Source: Vulcanimicrobiota bacterium (GTDB taxonomy: Bacteria > Vulcanimicrobiota > Vulcanimicrobiia > Vulcanimicrobiales > Vulcanimicrobiaceae). Taken from it: a DNA stretch of 64,000 bases. Under the pieces are notes generated by a model that did not search any database, had not been told where the DNA came from, and was given only the letters and a program-made list of their open reading frames with translations. A program made the translations under genes and the position numbers. Positions 11,103 to 21,872 of the stretch are shown here, in pieces (position 1 is the stretch's first letter; each line of letters begins with the position of its first letter). The stretch is from assembly GCA_963723515.1 (NCBI GenBank), contig CAVRQT010000002.1:608001-672000 (forward strand), in the 5' to 3' direction.

Positions 11103-12107
11103 TCACGTTAGCTTCATGGCGCGTTTCACGTCGCGCAGTGTGTCAAGCGCGACCGCCCGCGCTTTTTGCGAGCCTTCGTCGATGATCCGTTCAACGTACC
11201 GCGGATCGTTTGCGATCTCCGTACGGCGCGCGCGAATCGGGCCTAAGAACTCGTTGAGAGAGGCGGCAAAGTCCGTCTTGTCTTGCACGCACCCAAGCTC
11301 TCCCGAACGGCAGTTTCGATCGACCCATGCAACGTGATCCGGGTTCGCGATTCTCCACAGCGCGAAGACGGGACAAATCTCCGGCCGCCCCGGATCGTGC
11401 CGCCGAATCTTTAAGGGATCGGTCACCATCGATCGCACTTTTTTCACCGTCGTTGCTTCATCGTCGGCGATGAGGATCGCGTTGTCGTACGATTTCGACA
11501 TCTTGCGGCCATCGGTGCCGGGAATCTCCGGAAAATCCGAGAGCGTCGCCTCCGGTTCGATTAAGATTTCTTTACCGTCGCCGTAGAGGAAGTTGAACCG
11601 CCGCACGACTTCTCGGCCAAACTCCAAGTGCGCGAGTTGATCTTTGCCGACCGGTACGCGTTGACCGCGAAAGATCGCAATGTCGCACAACTGCAAGAGC
11701 GGGTAGCCCAAAAATCCGTATGTCGCAATGTGCTGGCCCAGCTCACCGATCTGACTCTTCCATGTCGGGACTCGTTCAAGCCACGACAGCGGCGTGATCA
11801 TTGCTAACAAGACGTGCAACTCGGAAATCTCGGGAACCGCGGATTGCAAGTAGATCGTGCAGCGCTCCGGATCGATGCCGGCCGCAAGCCAGTCGATCAC
11901 CATGTCGTTGCGCGCATCTCGGATCGTTTGCGGATCGCTGAAGCTGGTCGTATATGCGTGCAAATCGGCGATCTCGAAATACGGATCGGCGGTTTCGCAA
12001 TATCGCACCCATTGTTGCAGCGCGCCAACCAGGTGGCCGAGATGAATTCTGCCGGTCGGCCGCATCCCCGACATCACGCGTGGACGCTTTTTTTCTAGAA
12101 CTTGCAT
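11103..12107 (-). CDS. trpS: tryptophanyl-tRNA synthetase
   Basis: SGMRPTGRIHLGH, VPVGKDQ, KMSKS. Confidence 0.97.
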   Translation of the reverse strand: MQVLEKKRPRVMSGMRPTGRIHLGHLVGALQQWVRYCETADPYFEIADLHAYTTSFSDPQTIRDARNDMVIDWLAAGIDPERCTIYLQSAVPEISELHVLLAMITPLSWLERVPTWKSQIGELGQHIATYGFLGYPLLQLCDIAIFRGQRVPVGKDQLAHLEFGREVVRRFNFLYGDGKEILIEPEATLSDFPEIPGTDGRKMSKSYDNAILIADDEATTVKKVRSMVTDPLKIRRHDPGRPEICPVFALWRIANPDHVAWVDRNCRSGELGCVQDKTDFAASLNEFLGPIRARRTEIANDPRYVERIIDEGSQKARAVALDTLRDVKRAMKLT

Positions 12108-12170
12108 GCGTTAATCGTGCCGTGCTATAAGGAACCTCTGATGAAGTCCAGCGCGTAAGGAGTCACGGCT

Positions 12171-12482
12171 TTGTACACGGATGAAACGCTGACCTGCACC
12201 GATTGCAGCAACACATTCACCTTTAGTGCAGGCGAACAAGAGTTCTTTGCCAGCAAGGGTTTTGCAAACAAACCGAACCGCTGCCCTGATTGTCGAGTCG
12301 CTCGCAGAGCGGGGCGCAGCTCCGGCAATCGCAGCTCAAACGTCAGCGGCACGCGCGAAATGCATCAGGTCGTCTGTTCTGAGTGCGGACGTGAAACCGA
12401 GGTGCCGTTCATGCCGCGCGGCGATCGCCCGGTCTACTGCCGCGAGTGCTTTGAGAAAGTCCGGCAAGCGCCACTGCGATAG
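12171..12482 (+). CDS. zinc-ribbon / CxxC-x17-CxxC domain protein
   Basis: CTDC...FSAGEQEFF...RCPDCR and CSECG...VPFMP...PVYCRECF; AGGAG upstream of the TTG start. Confidence 0.88.
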   Translation: MYTDETLTCTDCSNTFTFSAGEQEFFASKGFANKPNRCPDCRVARRAGRSSGNRSSNVSGTREMHQVVCSECGRETEVPFMPRGDRPVYCRECFEKVRQAPLR

Positions 12483-12486
12483 CACA

Positions 12487-13242
12487 TTAGGGCTTGGCTT
12501 CTTCCAAAGATAACGTAATTTTGCGGCGGACATAATGGCGCGCCGCGATGACCCCTTCGAGGAGCGATCTGCCGGTGGCCAATTCGCATGCGAGCGCAGC
12601 AGCCAGCGTGTCGCCGGTGCCCCGCAGGTCGTTTTGCAACCGGTCGTCGCTGAAGATTTCCACCGATTCGTTCGTGGCCAGAACGTCGACCGGGTCACCG
12701 GCACGATGACCGCCTTTTAAGAGCACGGCAACCGGTCCGCGTGATTGCAATTCGCGCGCCGCATCAACCATCGCTTCTACCGTGGGAATGTCGCGCTCGA
12801 GCAGACGCCTTGCTTCCGGCAAATTGGGCGTGAGCACGCTGCGCAGCGGCAAGATAATGTCGCGGAACGACTCAATCGTGCGAGCGTCGGCAAAATCCGA
12901 GCCGAAGGTGTCTGAGAACACCGGATCGATAACGAGCGGCGCATTGCGATCGCGTTGCAGGAACCGAGACACTTCGGCGATATTTGCGGCGTCGAAAAGC
13001 GCGCCGATGCGTATCGCAGCCGGATTCGGCGGCAGAGTTTGCAGCTGCGCCCGCACCGCATTGGGCGGCAGCGCAAAAGCGCCACGCAAGCCCCGCTCGT
13101 CTTGAGCCGTTACGCCGACGAGCGCAATCGCCTGACGCAATCCATACTCGTAAGCAACTCCGGCGTCGATACCGATTCCGGCGATGTTCCATGGGTGCAT
13201 CGCGCCAATTGAGATCAAGAACGTTCCGCTCACCGTTTCCAC
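12487..13242 (-). CDS. thiD: hydroxymethylpyrimidine/phosphomethylpyrimidine kinase
   Basis: VTAQD, VIDPV, LTPNLPEA, LLKGGH, GTGDTLA; adjacent to thiE. Confidence 0.88.
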   Translation of the reverse strand: METVSGTFLISIGAMHPWNIAGIGIDAGVAYEYGLRQAIALVGVTAQDERGLRGAFALPPNAVRAQLQTLPPNPAAIRIGALFDAANIAEVSRFLQRDRNAPLVIDPVFSDTFGSDFADARTIESFRDIILPLRSVLTPNLPEARRLLERDIPTVEAMVDAARELQSRGPVAVLLKGGHRAGDPVDVLATNESVEIFSDDRLQNDLRGTGDTLAAALACELATGRSLLEGVIAARHYVRRKITLSLEEAKP

Positions 13243-13862
13243 CGCGCGATCAGTTCACTCGCCACGCCACGCGGATCGGCACTAAGGGCGACCGCCGAAA
13301 GCACCGCAGCCATCGCGACTCCGCTTTCGGCGACTTGCGCGATGTTGCTCAAGTTGATGCCACCGATCGCCGCGACAGGCAGCGACGTAGCCGCCGCAAT
13401 GCGCCGTAAGCCGGTTATTCCAATCGGCTCGCCGGCATCGCTCTTGGAGGTTGTCGGGAAGATGCACCCGACGCCGATGTAATCAGCGCCCGCCTCTTCC
13501 GCGGCGCGCGCTTCCGTCAGGGTCCCGCAAGAGAGGCCGAGAATTCGCCCGCGCACCGATTGGCGAATTTTCGGTAGGTCCTTCGGCTGCGCATCATCCG
13601 GACCCAAGTGCACGCCGTCCGCATCGAAGATGTCTACGGCACGCCAATCGTCATTCAGAATGAAGAGCGCATCGCGCTCATTGGTCAGCTCACGCAGTTC
13701 ATGCGCATGGCTTTCATTTATGCCGCTTTTGGCCCGATACTGAACGATCCGGATTCCGCCGTCTAAGAGCTGCCGCGTCAACTCGACCGGATTTGCCACA
13801 GCTGCATCGACGATCGTATAGATACCGCGCAAGCGGTGCGCCGCGGCGCTTACGCGCGCCAT
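13230..13862 (-). CDS. thiE: thiamine-phosphate synthase
   Basis: VQYRAK, ILNDD, DGVHLG, FPTTSK, AIGGI. Confidence 0.95.
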   Translation of the reverse strand: MARVSAAAHRLRGIYTIVDAAVANPVELTRQLLDGGIRIVQYRAKSGINESHAHELRELTNERDALFILNDDWRAVDIFDADGVHLGPDDAQPKDLPKIRQSVRGRILGLSCGTLTEARAAEEAGADYIGVGCIFPTTSKSDAGEPIGITGLRRIAAATSLPVAAIGGINLSNIAQVAESGVAMAAVLSAVALSADPRGVASELIARWKR

Positions 13863-13866
13863 GCGC

Positions 13867-14730
13867 TCATGTATTAGTCGAGCCGTCTCCTAACAGAATG
13901 TCGGCCACGCGCATCAAGTCTTTATCGTTTGAAAATTTGATTTCGATCTTGCCGCCGTCGCCGGCGCGGCGCAACGCAACGTGGGTGCCGAGTCGAAATC
14001 GCAACCGCGATTCAAAATCTTGTTCGTCCGCCGTCAGCACCGCGCCATCGCTTGCGGCAGCCTTGCTCTTTTTCATCGACGTAGCGCCGGCGAGCCGCTC
14101 GAGCTGCCGAACGGAGAGTCCTTCGTCGATCGCGCGCTGCGCTAGGGCAAAACGCTCGCGTTCGGGTGCTGACAATAACGCCCGCGCCGCTCCCGCGCTC
14201 AATCTCCCATCTGCGACGAGCGCCTTGATGGCGTCGGCCAAGGTCAAGAGTCGAAGCGCGTTAGCGATTGCCGGACGGCTCTTTGCGAGACGCTCCGCCA
14301 GTTGCTCTTGCGTATAGCCGTACATCTCAATCAACTGTGCAAAGCCTGCCGCTTCTTCGAGCGCGCCGAGATCTTCACGCTGCAGATTCTCAACGATCGC
14401 CACTTCTAAGCTTTCACGGTCGTCCGACGACCGGACGATCGCGGGAATCGTCGTCAGGTTGAGCGCGGCGGCGGCGCGCCATCGCCGTTCGCCGGCGATC
14501 AGTTCGTAGCTCTCGCCTCGTTCGCGTACGATGATTGGGATCAACACACCGTATTTTGCGATCGAGTTTCGCAACTCGCGCATCGTCGAATCGTCGAAGC
14601 GCTTGCGCGGCTGAAACGGATTGGGACGGATGCGATCGACCGGGATCGCGTCGAGGTCACGTTCGGTGCGTTTCGGTTCACCGAACAACGCGTCGAGACC
14701 GCGCCCGAGTCCTCGCCTCTGCGGACTCAT
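13867..14730 (-). CDS. parB: chromosome partitioning protein ParB/Spo0J
   Basis: GLGRGLDAL N-terminus, NPFQPR, GERRWRA, ENLQRED, HTH KSRPAIAN. Confidence 0.97.
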   Translation of the reverse strand: MSPQRRGLGRGLDALFGEPKRTERDLDAIPVDRIRPNPFQPRKRFDDSTMRELRNSIAKYGVLIPIIVRERGESYELIAGERRWRAAAALNLTTIPAIVRSSDDRESLEVAIVENLQREDLGALEEAAGFAQLIEMYGYTQEQLAERLAKSRPAIANALRLLTLADAIKALVADGRLSAGAARALLSAPERERFALAQRAIDEGLSVRQLERLAGATSMKKSKAAASDGAVLTADEQDFESRLRFRLGTHVALRRAGDGGKIEIKFSNDKDLMRVADILLGDGSTNT

Positions 14731-15521
14731 GCGACGCGGACCGTCGCGTCAAGCAACTCTTTCGCCAGTGAAAGATATGCCTGAGCGCCGCGGCTCTTCA
14801 CGTCAAAGAGAATGATCGGTTTGCCGAACGATGGCGCCTCGGAAAGGCGAATGTTCCGAGGGATTTGCGTCTTGAACATTTGGCGCGGAAAGTAGGCATT
14901 GAGTTCTTCCAACACTTCCACCGCCAATTTCGTGCGGCCATCAAACATCGTAACGAGAACACCGGAGATTAACAACTCCGGATTGAGCGCTTCTTTGACC
15001 CGCCGAATGATCGTCGTCAATTGCGAGAGGCCTTCTAAGGCATAGTATTCCGCCTGCACCGGGATGATCAGTTCTTTGGCGGCCGTCATCGCATTAACGG
15101 TCAAGAGACCGAGCGACGGCGGACAGTCGATCAACGTGAAGTCGTAGCCACCGGCAATCGACGCAAGGACACCCTTCAGGCGATTCTCGCGTGAAAGCGC
15201 CGTCACAAGTTCGATCTCCGCGCCCGCGAGATTGATTGTGGCCGGAATGACGAAAAGCCCAGGCACCTCGGTTTGCCGCAGCACATCCTCAATCGGCGAG
15301 TGATGCAAGAGCAAATCGTAAATATCGCGTTTCAACTCGCTTCGATCGATGCCGACGCCGGTCGTCGTGTTCCCCTGCGGATCGATGTCAACGAGCAAAA
15401 CTTGCTTGCCTAAAACCGCTAAGGCGGCGGCGAGATTGACCGCCGTTGTGCTCTTGCCGACGCCGCCTTTTTGATTGACGACCGCGATCGTGCGCGCCGT
15501 GCCGTTATGCGAGTTGTGCAT
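14727..15521 (-). CDS. parA: chromosome partitioning ATPase ParA/Soj
   Basis: NQKGGVGKST deviant Walker A, DIDPQGN, DCPPSLG. Confidence 0.97.
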   Translation of the reverse strand: MHNSHNGTARTIAVVNQKGGVGKSTTAVNLAAALAVLGKQVLLVDIDPQGNTTTGVGIDRSELKRDIYDLLLHHSPIEDVLRQTEVPGLFVIPATINLAGAEIELVTALSRENRLKGVLASIAGGYDFTLIDCPPSLGLLTVNAMTAAKELIIPVQAEYYALEGLSQLTTIIRRVKEALNPELLISGVLVTMFDGRTKLAVEVLEELNAYFPRQMFKTQIPRNIRLSEAPSFGKPIILFDVKSRGAQAYLSLAKELLDATVRVA

Positions 15522-16899
15522 CGAAATACTCGTCGAGAAGCGCCAGCAAACGCGAGCGCTCGTTATGTTCGGGTCGATCGGTCACCTGTTCGAAAAGCCA
15601 CTGCAGCGCTTCCCCGACGCGCGCGTCACCGCGAAAGCCGTGCGGCGCCAAGCCTTTGCGAACCATGACCTCCATGACGTCGCTGCCACTCACCGCCACG
15701 TCGCGCAAACTAAACGCCGGCTTACGCGCGATCTCACTCCACACGCGGGCTTCAAATTCTGCATTGCCGCCTTCGCGCCGCGGCAATCCGCTGCCGATGG
15801 CATCGGCAAGCCGCAATGCAAATTGGCGTTGCAGATGCTCCGTACCGATGCGCCGGATGAAGCGCCGTATACCGGCATCCGTGATGTCGGGATCCGCACT
15901 GTACATGTGCTGGCGAACAAGATGCGCAACATCATCGATGATCTGATTCGCAAACCTCAGCCGGAAGAGCATCGATCGAACGAGCTCTTCGCCGACGGCC
16001 TCATGCCCGTAAAAGCGCGGCCCTTCCTTCGTGCGCGGCTTGCCGATGTCGTGAAAGAGCCCCGCGAGGCGCAAAACGAGATCACCGGGCGGCACCGCAT
16101 CGACCGTTGCCAGCGCGTGGTGGTAGACGTCGTAGGCGTGCCACTCGTTCTGCTCGACGCCGTAGCCCTCAAGCAACTCGGGCCACAGCGCTCCCAACAA
16201 TCCCGTCTCCCGCATTAACTCGAGTCCAATCGACGGGCGCCGTGAAAGCGTCAACATCTTCGAAAGCTCTTCGGCGATGCGCTCCGCAGAAACGGTCTTG
16301 ATTTCCGGCGCCATCGTTTTCATCGCCCTGAGCGTCGGCTCCGTTGGCGAGTATTCAAAGCGCGCCGCAAACTGCGCTGCGCGCAGCATGCGCAGCGGAT
16401 CCTCCGCGAAGGCCTCCTCGCGCAAAATATCGATGCGCCGCGCGCGTACGTCGTCTTCTCCACGGAACGGGTCGACGAGTGTGGCACTTGGCAATGCGCG
16501 CGCGATCATGTTCATCCGAAAGTCGCGACGCCGCAAATCCTCTTCTAATGGAACGTGCGCGCCTGCCTCAACGTCAAATGCACGATGACCGATGCCCGTC
16601 GATCGCTCCCGCCGCGGCAACGCAACGTCAACCGTCGTGCCGTCAAAGGTCACCTTCAGCACCGAAAAAGATGCGCCGACCAAATCAACGCGCGTAGCAT
16701 TTTTGAGGCGCTGCTGCAACGCATCCAACGTGATTCCGGTGACAACGTAATCCAGATCTTTGGTCGGCAATTCGATTCGCTCCGCGTGGGCGCGCAGCTC
16801 GTCACGAACTCTTCCGCCGACTGCGAAAAGCGAGTCGCGCGGCAACAGCGCGGCTAGCTGCGCATCTACCGGGTGCGGTCGATACCTGCGATCGCTCAT
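15505..16899 (-). CDS. cca: class II tRNA nucleotidyltransferase with HD domain
   Basis: VGGRVRD, DLD, EEDLRRRDF, EDPLR, HDIGKP; ATG at 16899 overlaps the upstream stop. Exact specificity (CCA, CC or A adding) not determined. Confidence 0.85.
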   Translation of the reverse strand: MSDRRYRPHPVDAQLAALLPRDSLFAVGGRVRDELRAHAERIELPTKDLDYVVTGITLDALQQRLKNATRVDLVGASFSVLKVTFDGTTVDVALPRRERSTGIGHRAFDVEAGAHVPLEEDLRRRDFRMNMIARALPSATLVDPFRGEDDVRARRIDILREEAFAEDPLRMLRAAQFAARFEYSPTEPTLRAMKTMAPEIKTVSAERIAEELSKMLTLSRRPSIGLELMRETGLLGALWPELLEGYGVEQNEWHAYDVYHHALATVDAVPPGDLVLRLAGLFHDIGKPRTKEGPRFYGHEAVGEELVRSMLFRLRFANQIIDDVAHLVRQHMYSADPDITDAGIRRFIRRIGTEHLQRQFALRLADAIGSGLPRREGGNAEFEARVWSEIARKPAFSLRDVAVSGSDVMEVMVRKGLAPHGFRGDARVGEALQWLFEQVTDRPEHNERSRLLALLDEYFDAQLA

Positions 16900-17288
16900 C
16901 GGATGCCGTACCGCTCTTTCATGGCGCGATAACGGTCGTAGGAATAGCGATCGATTCGTTCCCACGGCAACGCATCGAGCAGCGGAATCAAATCCCGTCG
17001 CAAAGCGTCGCCGCGAATCATCAATTGAAAATACCGGCGTCCGCCGTGAAAATATGGCCCATACAAACGTGCATTGTGAATCGCGGAGAGCAAATGCCGC
17101 AGCAGCGGCTCATGGCGCACGTGCAGCTTGAGCGTGATTTGCGGCTGTCGCCCGTCTCCGCCAAAATGGGCGCCGGAAATGAGAACGCCCAAGAGCAGCC
17201 CGCGCTCGAAGTCAGGCAATCGACGCGCCGTCGTTGTTTCACCGAGAGATTCAGGGTAGATTGCCACTGCCGCGTTCTTCTGTTTCAC
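16896..17288 (-). CDS. small LAGLIDADG-fold-like protein (start may be TTG at 17219)
   Basis: FERGLLLGVLISGAHF helix, then QITLKL, LLRHL, RLYGPY, YFQLMIRG pattern of single-motif LAGLIDADG domains; stop overlaps the cca start. Confidence 0.55.
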   Translation of the reverse strand: MKQKNAAVAIYPESLGETTTARRLPDFERGLLLGVLISGAHFGGDGRQPQITLKLHVRHEPLLRHLLSAIHNARLYGPYFHGGRRYFQLMIRGDALRRDLIPLLDALPWERIDRYSYDRYRAMKERYGIR

Positions 17289-17947
17289 CGGGAAGTTTCC
17301 CGTGAAACGGTCGCCAGCCGAGCGGCCGCTTTTCCGGGATCCCAGCCCTGCGCGGGAAGCGCCCGGGCGTCATGGCGACCTTCTCCGCCACGATAATCTG
17401 CCGCCCCGCGCCAGCCTGGCGCTCCTCCGCAATTCGACCGCCTAAAACCAGCAGCGCATCTTGGAGCGCCTCACGCTCCTGCCCGCTGACTTCGCCGCGC
17501 TGCAGAATCGCCCGGCCGCCCAACTTTAGGAACGGGAACATGAGTTCCGCGACGACGCGAGGAGTTGGCAACGGCGCGCGCCGTCGCCGTCGAAAATGCT
17601 TCTCGATACGTCGGATCTCGCCCGACGTTTTCCGCGCGCTCTGCCACAACGTTCAGTCGCAGGCCGAGTTCGCGTGAAAGATCGCGCAGAAAAGCCGCCT
17701 TCTTCGCCCGAGACTCGATCAGCGTCATACCGGGCGCCGAGATGATCGCCGCGGGAATCGCCGGCAGACCTCCGCCGGACCCGACGTCCACGTGCTTCTC
17801 TCCAATCAACGGTACGATCGTTAAGGAATCAAGCAGTTGCGGCAGGAGCGCCTCGGGCGTCTTGGCACCAGTCAAATTGAGTCGTTGGTTACGCTCTAGC
17901 AAGATGTCCGCGTAGCGCGCTATCAGCTCGGCTTCCGCCGGCGCCAC
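17251..17947 (-). CDS. rsmG: 16S rRNA m7G527 methyltransferase, apparent frameshift near 17565
   Basis: NLTG, DVGSGGGLP, TARAV in one frame, then AELMFPFLKLGG...FPRRAGIPEKRPL in another; follows mnmG. Confidence 0.9.
17294..17309. promoter_or_regulatory. parS-like site
   Basis: AGTTTCCCGTGAAACG versus consensus TGTTTCACGTGAAACA; lies about 1.8 kb upstream of parA. Confidence 0.7.
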
Positions 17948-17994
17948 TCCCCGCGCGACTAAGGCGTCGGCGAGATTTCCGTTACCGAAGTTGT

Positions 17995-19857
17995 CTATGC
18001 CGAGCGTTGTTGAGGATGGCGCAGATGAACCGAGAGGACCGCAACGTCTGCTGCGCTCACGCCCGGTATCCGGGAGGCGGCGCCGAGCGTGCGGGGCCTT
18101 TGCCGGCTCAGTTTTTCGCGCCCCTCGCGCGAGAGCGCCCTCAGGCTCGTGAATTCCAGGTGCTCTGGGATCTCAAGATGTTCTTCACGGGCGGTGCGTT
18201 CGATCTCTCGTTCTTGTCGGCGGACGTAGCCTGCATACTTGATTTCAATCGCTGCTCGCTCGCCTATTTCGGGCTCTACCGGCGGCAGAAATGACGCCAC
18301 GTCCGGAAATCGCACTTCGGGCCTTCGCAGCGCCTGCCCAACAGTCGTGCCGGCCGAGATTCTCTGTGCGCCAAGTTCGCATTCGGCCAATCGGCGTCTT
18401 CGCGCTGCTCTCGATCGTCCGGTTAAGTGCGCGCTGCCGCTCTTCGAAGGCCTCAAAATCGTCGTCGCCGATGAGACCGATGCCGACGGCCGACGGGCGT
18501 CAATCGCGTGTCCGCATTATCGTGGCGCAGGAGCACGCGGTGCTCGGCGCGCGAGGTCAGCATCCGGTACGGCTCGTCGACGCCCTTGGTGATCAAGTCG
18601 TCGATCATCGTGCCGATGTACGCTTGGTCGCGCGTAAGAGAGAGCTGCGGCTGCCCCTTCGCCCTCAAGGCGGCGTTGATGCCCGCGATCAGACCCTGCG
18701 CAGCCGCCTCTTCGTAGCCTGATGTTCCATTCAACTGGCCGCAGTGATACAAGCCGGCGATGCGACGCGTCTCCAGCGTCTCTCGGAGCTCGGTCGGCGG
18801 CACCATATCATACTCGACGGCATAACCTGCGCGCAGCATCACGCAGTCCTCAAGCCCCGCCAGGGTATGCAGCATCTCAAGTTGGACTTCCGCCGGAAGC
18901 GACGTCGAGAAGCCACCGACATAGAGCGTCGGTTCATCCCAACCTTCAGGCTCGATAAAAATTTGGTGGGTTGGGTTGTGCGCGAACTTGACGACCTTAT
19001 CTTCGATCGAGGGGCAGTACCGCGGGCCGATCCCCTTAATCAAATCGAGTCCGTAAAGCGGCGAGAGATGCAAATTCTCCCGCACGAGTTGATGGGTCCG
19101 AGCGTTCGTGAGCGTGATGAAGCAGGGCAACTGAGGACCGGCAAATCGCGGGGCGTTCCGATACGAAAACGAAAGGGGGACGGGACTGGGCGGCTGCATC
19201 TGCATGCGCGTCGTATCAGCGGTCGCTCTGTCGATCCGGGGCGGCGTACCGGTCTTCAGCCGCCGCGTCCCAAAGCCAAGGCGGCGCAGTGCCGCGGATA
19301 ACCCGATCGCCGGCGGCTCGCCGTGACGCCCTTCGGCTTGGACCGTCGCGCCCCGAAAGGTCTTTCCGCCCAGGAAGGTACCCGTCGCCAACACCACTTG
19401 CCGGGCGCGATATACGGAACCGTCCGCGCAGATGACGCCACGCGCTTCGCCGGCGTCCACAATTACGTCCTCGACCAAGCCCCGCTGGATCGCAACGCCG
19501 GGCTGAACGCGTAATGCTCGGGTCGCGCAATGCATATAGGTGGGTTTATCCGCTTGGGCCCGCAAGGCACGCACGGCCGGTCCTTTTGACTCGTTGAGCA
19601 TCCGCACGTGCAGCTCCGACGCATCGATCAAGCGCCCCATCTCGCCGCCGAGCGCATCGATCTCGCGCACGAGTTGACCTTTTGCGCTGCCGCCGATGGA
19701 CGGATTGCATGGCAGCGTGCAAATGCGCGCCGGGTCGCCGGTCACTAAAAGCGCTTCGACACCCAGCCGCGCCGCGGCTAACGCCGCCTCAAGGCCGGCA
19801 TGTCCGCCGCCAACGATAATGACGCGCGGCATCGTCCTCGCGCATAACACGAGTCAT
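17995..19857 (-). CDS. mnmG: tRNA U34 modification enzyme MnmG/GidA, apparent frameshifts near 18480, 18395 and possibly the 5' end
   Basis: [64 protein letters not shown]. Confidence 0.95.
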
Positions 19858-19886
19858 GCGGTTATCTTACCAGACGATGTTGCGCT

Positions 19887-21242
19887 CTATTTTCCGATGC
19901 AGAAGCGGGAGAAAATTTCGCCGAGCAACTCCTCGGTAACCGTATCGCCGGTCAGCTTGCCGAGAGATGCAAATGCGCTCTGCAAGCCGGGCGCGATCAG
20001 ATCGAGCGGCATCCTTTGCCCTACCGTCTCCCTCGCATGGCGCAAAGCATCGCGCGCACCCGATACCGCATCAAGCTCGTACAGCGCTCCGAGCGTCGGG
20101 CGTTGCAGATCCGGTTCGCTCGCATCCCAGCCATGCTTTGCGATTGCCTTCCGTATCGCAGAGAGCGTTTCAGCATTGTAGACGCTTCCGGGAATCGCGT
20201 CGTTCAGCTCGTCTGCACGCTCGTCGTAGGCGGTCGTGCCAACATCCGCCTTGTTGAAGTAGACGATGCGATCGATTTCGCGCGTTCTCGCGAGAATATC
20301 TGCTGCAGCTGCGCTTAACGGAACCGATGCATCGATCACCACGATCGCTAACCGCGCCGCGGCGAGCACGCGCCGTGTGCGCTGGATTCCAGCAGCTTCT
20401 ACCGTTTGCGCCGCTTCACGAAGACCGGCTGTATCCGTCAGCCGCACCATCACGCTGCCGATCGTAATTGCTTCCTCAATGGTATCGCGCGTTGTCCCGG
20501 GCAGTTCGGAAACGATCGCGCGATCTTCACCTAAGAGCGCATTCAGCAGCGAAGATTTCCCGGCGTTGGGCGGACCGACGATCGCTACGTCGAGGCCTTC
20601 GCGCACGAGCCGCCCCACTTCGGCGTTTGCAAGCAACTCGTCGAGACGGCTTTCGATTCGAGCAAGCGTTGTTGTTACGCGGAAAGGATCGGGTTCGGCA
20701 ACTTCATCGGAGAAGTCGATTGAAGCGGCAAGTTCTGCGAGCATCTCGGAGAGTACGGCCCGAATCTCGCGGACTTCATTAGCAAGGGCGCTTCCCATGT
20801 TGGCCACGGCTGCACGCGCTGCGGAGCGATGCTCCGCGTTAATCAAATCTGCGACCGACTGCGCCGCATGCAAATCCAGTTTACCGTTGAGGAAAGCCCG
20901 TTTTGTGAATTCGCCCGCGGCGGCGAGTCGTGCACCACTTGCAATCAGAGCGCGCAAGACCTCACGGGTAACGACCGGGGAGCCATGGACCTGCAGTTCA
21001 AGGGTGTCTTCACCCGTGTAGCTGTGCGGCGCATGCGCCAAAATCGCGACACCGTGGTCGACGACGTCACCGCGCTCGTCTAGAAGTTCTCCGTACGTCG
21101 CACGATGCGGTTCCAATGGACGGCCACGAAAATGTTGGCGCGCCAGCGCAATTGTTTTCGGGCCGCTGAGGCGCACGATCGCAATTGCGCCAAATCCCGG
21201 CGGCGTTGCAATCGCCGCGATCGTATCGGCAGTATTGTTCAA
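19887..21242 (-). CDS. mnmE: tRNA modification GTPase MnmE/TrmE
   Basis: [28 protein letters not shown]-terminal FCIGK. Confidence 0.97.
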   Translation of the reverse strand: MNNTADTIAAIATPPGFGAIAIVRLSGPKTIALARQHFRGRPLEPHRATYGELLDERGDVVDHGVAILAHAPHSYTGEDTLELQVHGSPVVTREVLRALIASGARLAAAGEFTKRAFLNGKLDLHAAQSVADLINAEHRSAARAAVANMGSALANEVREIRAVLSEMLAELAASIDFSDEVAEPDPFRVTTTLARIESRLDELLANAEVGRLVREGLDVAIVGPPNAGKSSLLNALLGEDRAIVSELPGTTRDTIEEAITIGSVMVRLTDTAGLREAAQTVEAAGIQRTRRVLAAARLAIVVIDASVPLSAAAADILARTREIDRIVYFNKADVGTTAYDERADELNDAIPGSVYNAETLSAIRKAIAKHGWDASEPDLQRPTLGALYELDAVSGARDALRHARETVGQRMPLDLIAPGLQSAFASLGKLTGDTVTEELLGEIFSRFCIGK

Positions 21243-21263
21243 GCTCGCCGCCCGGGAGAGCCG

Positions 21264-21860
21264 CTATGAAACCGGCGGCCCCTCATTGGAAACGGGGAAC
21301 ACCACCACGCGCCGTTCCGGCTCGATGCCTTCGGATTCCGTTCGAACGTACGGGCTTTCCGCCAGCGCCAAGTGGATGATTTTGCGCTCCGAAGGCAACA
21401 TTGGATCGAGCGCCTGCGGCTTTTTTTCGCGAATGCAGCGCTCCAGCGACACGAGCGCGATGTTCTTTAACTGATCCGCGCGACGCGCGCGATACCCCTC
21501 GGCGTCGATCGTGTAGTATTTGCGGTTATTGCGAACGCCCAAGTTCAAAATGTTGTTAAAGACCAGATTGAGCGCTTCCAGCGTATTGCCGTGGCGACCG
21601 ATTAACGTCGCTAAGTCCGGACCCGTGATTTCGAAGTATTCGCCTTCGCTGCGCGGCAAATACGCAACCTCAACGTGCGTCAAGCCCATCTTTTCAAGGA
21701 TCTGTTCCAGCAGATCGCGCGCCGGTTTGACGGATTCCGGTTCTTTGGTTGTGGTGCGCGTTGTCTGCACTCGCGGCTCGGGCCGCCGCCGTCGTTGCGC
21801 GCGAGAGGTCGCGCGGTCGCGAATGCTGTGCGGCTGGTCGAGCGGAAACTCTTCGTCCAT
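21264..21860 (-). CDS. jag: Jag/KhpB RNA-binding protein (KH plus R3H domains)
   Basis: LIGRHGNTLEAL KH motif, ERKIIH R3H motif; located between yidC and mnmE. Confidence 0.9.
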   Translation of the reverse strand: MDEEFPLDQPHSIRDRATSRAQRRRRPEPRVQTTRTTTKEPESVKPARDLLEQILEKMGLTHVEVAYLPRSEGEYFEITGPDLATLIGRHGNTLEALNLVFNNILNLGVRNNRKYYTIDAEGYRARRADQLKNIALVSLERCIREKKPQALDPMLPSERKIIHLALAESPYVRTESEGIEPERRVVVFPVSNEGPPVS

Positions 21861-21872
21861 AACTTCCTTCGT

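Noticed and set aside
12108..12170. T-box leader for trpS
   Set aside because: The spacer is only about 60 nt, is shared with a divergent gene and lacks the T-box sequence
16896..17288. Active homing endonuclease in an intron or intein
   Set aside because: It does not interrupt a gene, no intron structure is visible, and the catalytic acidic residue appears to be missing
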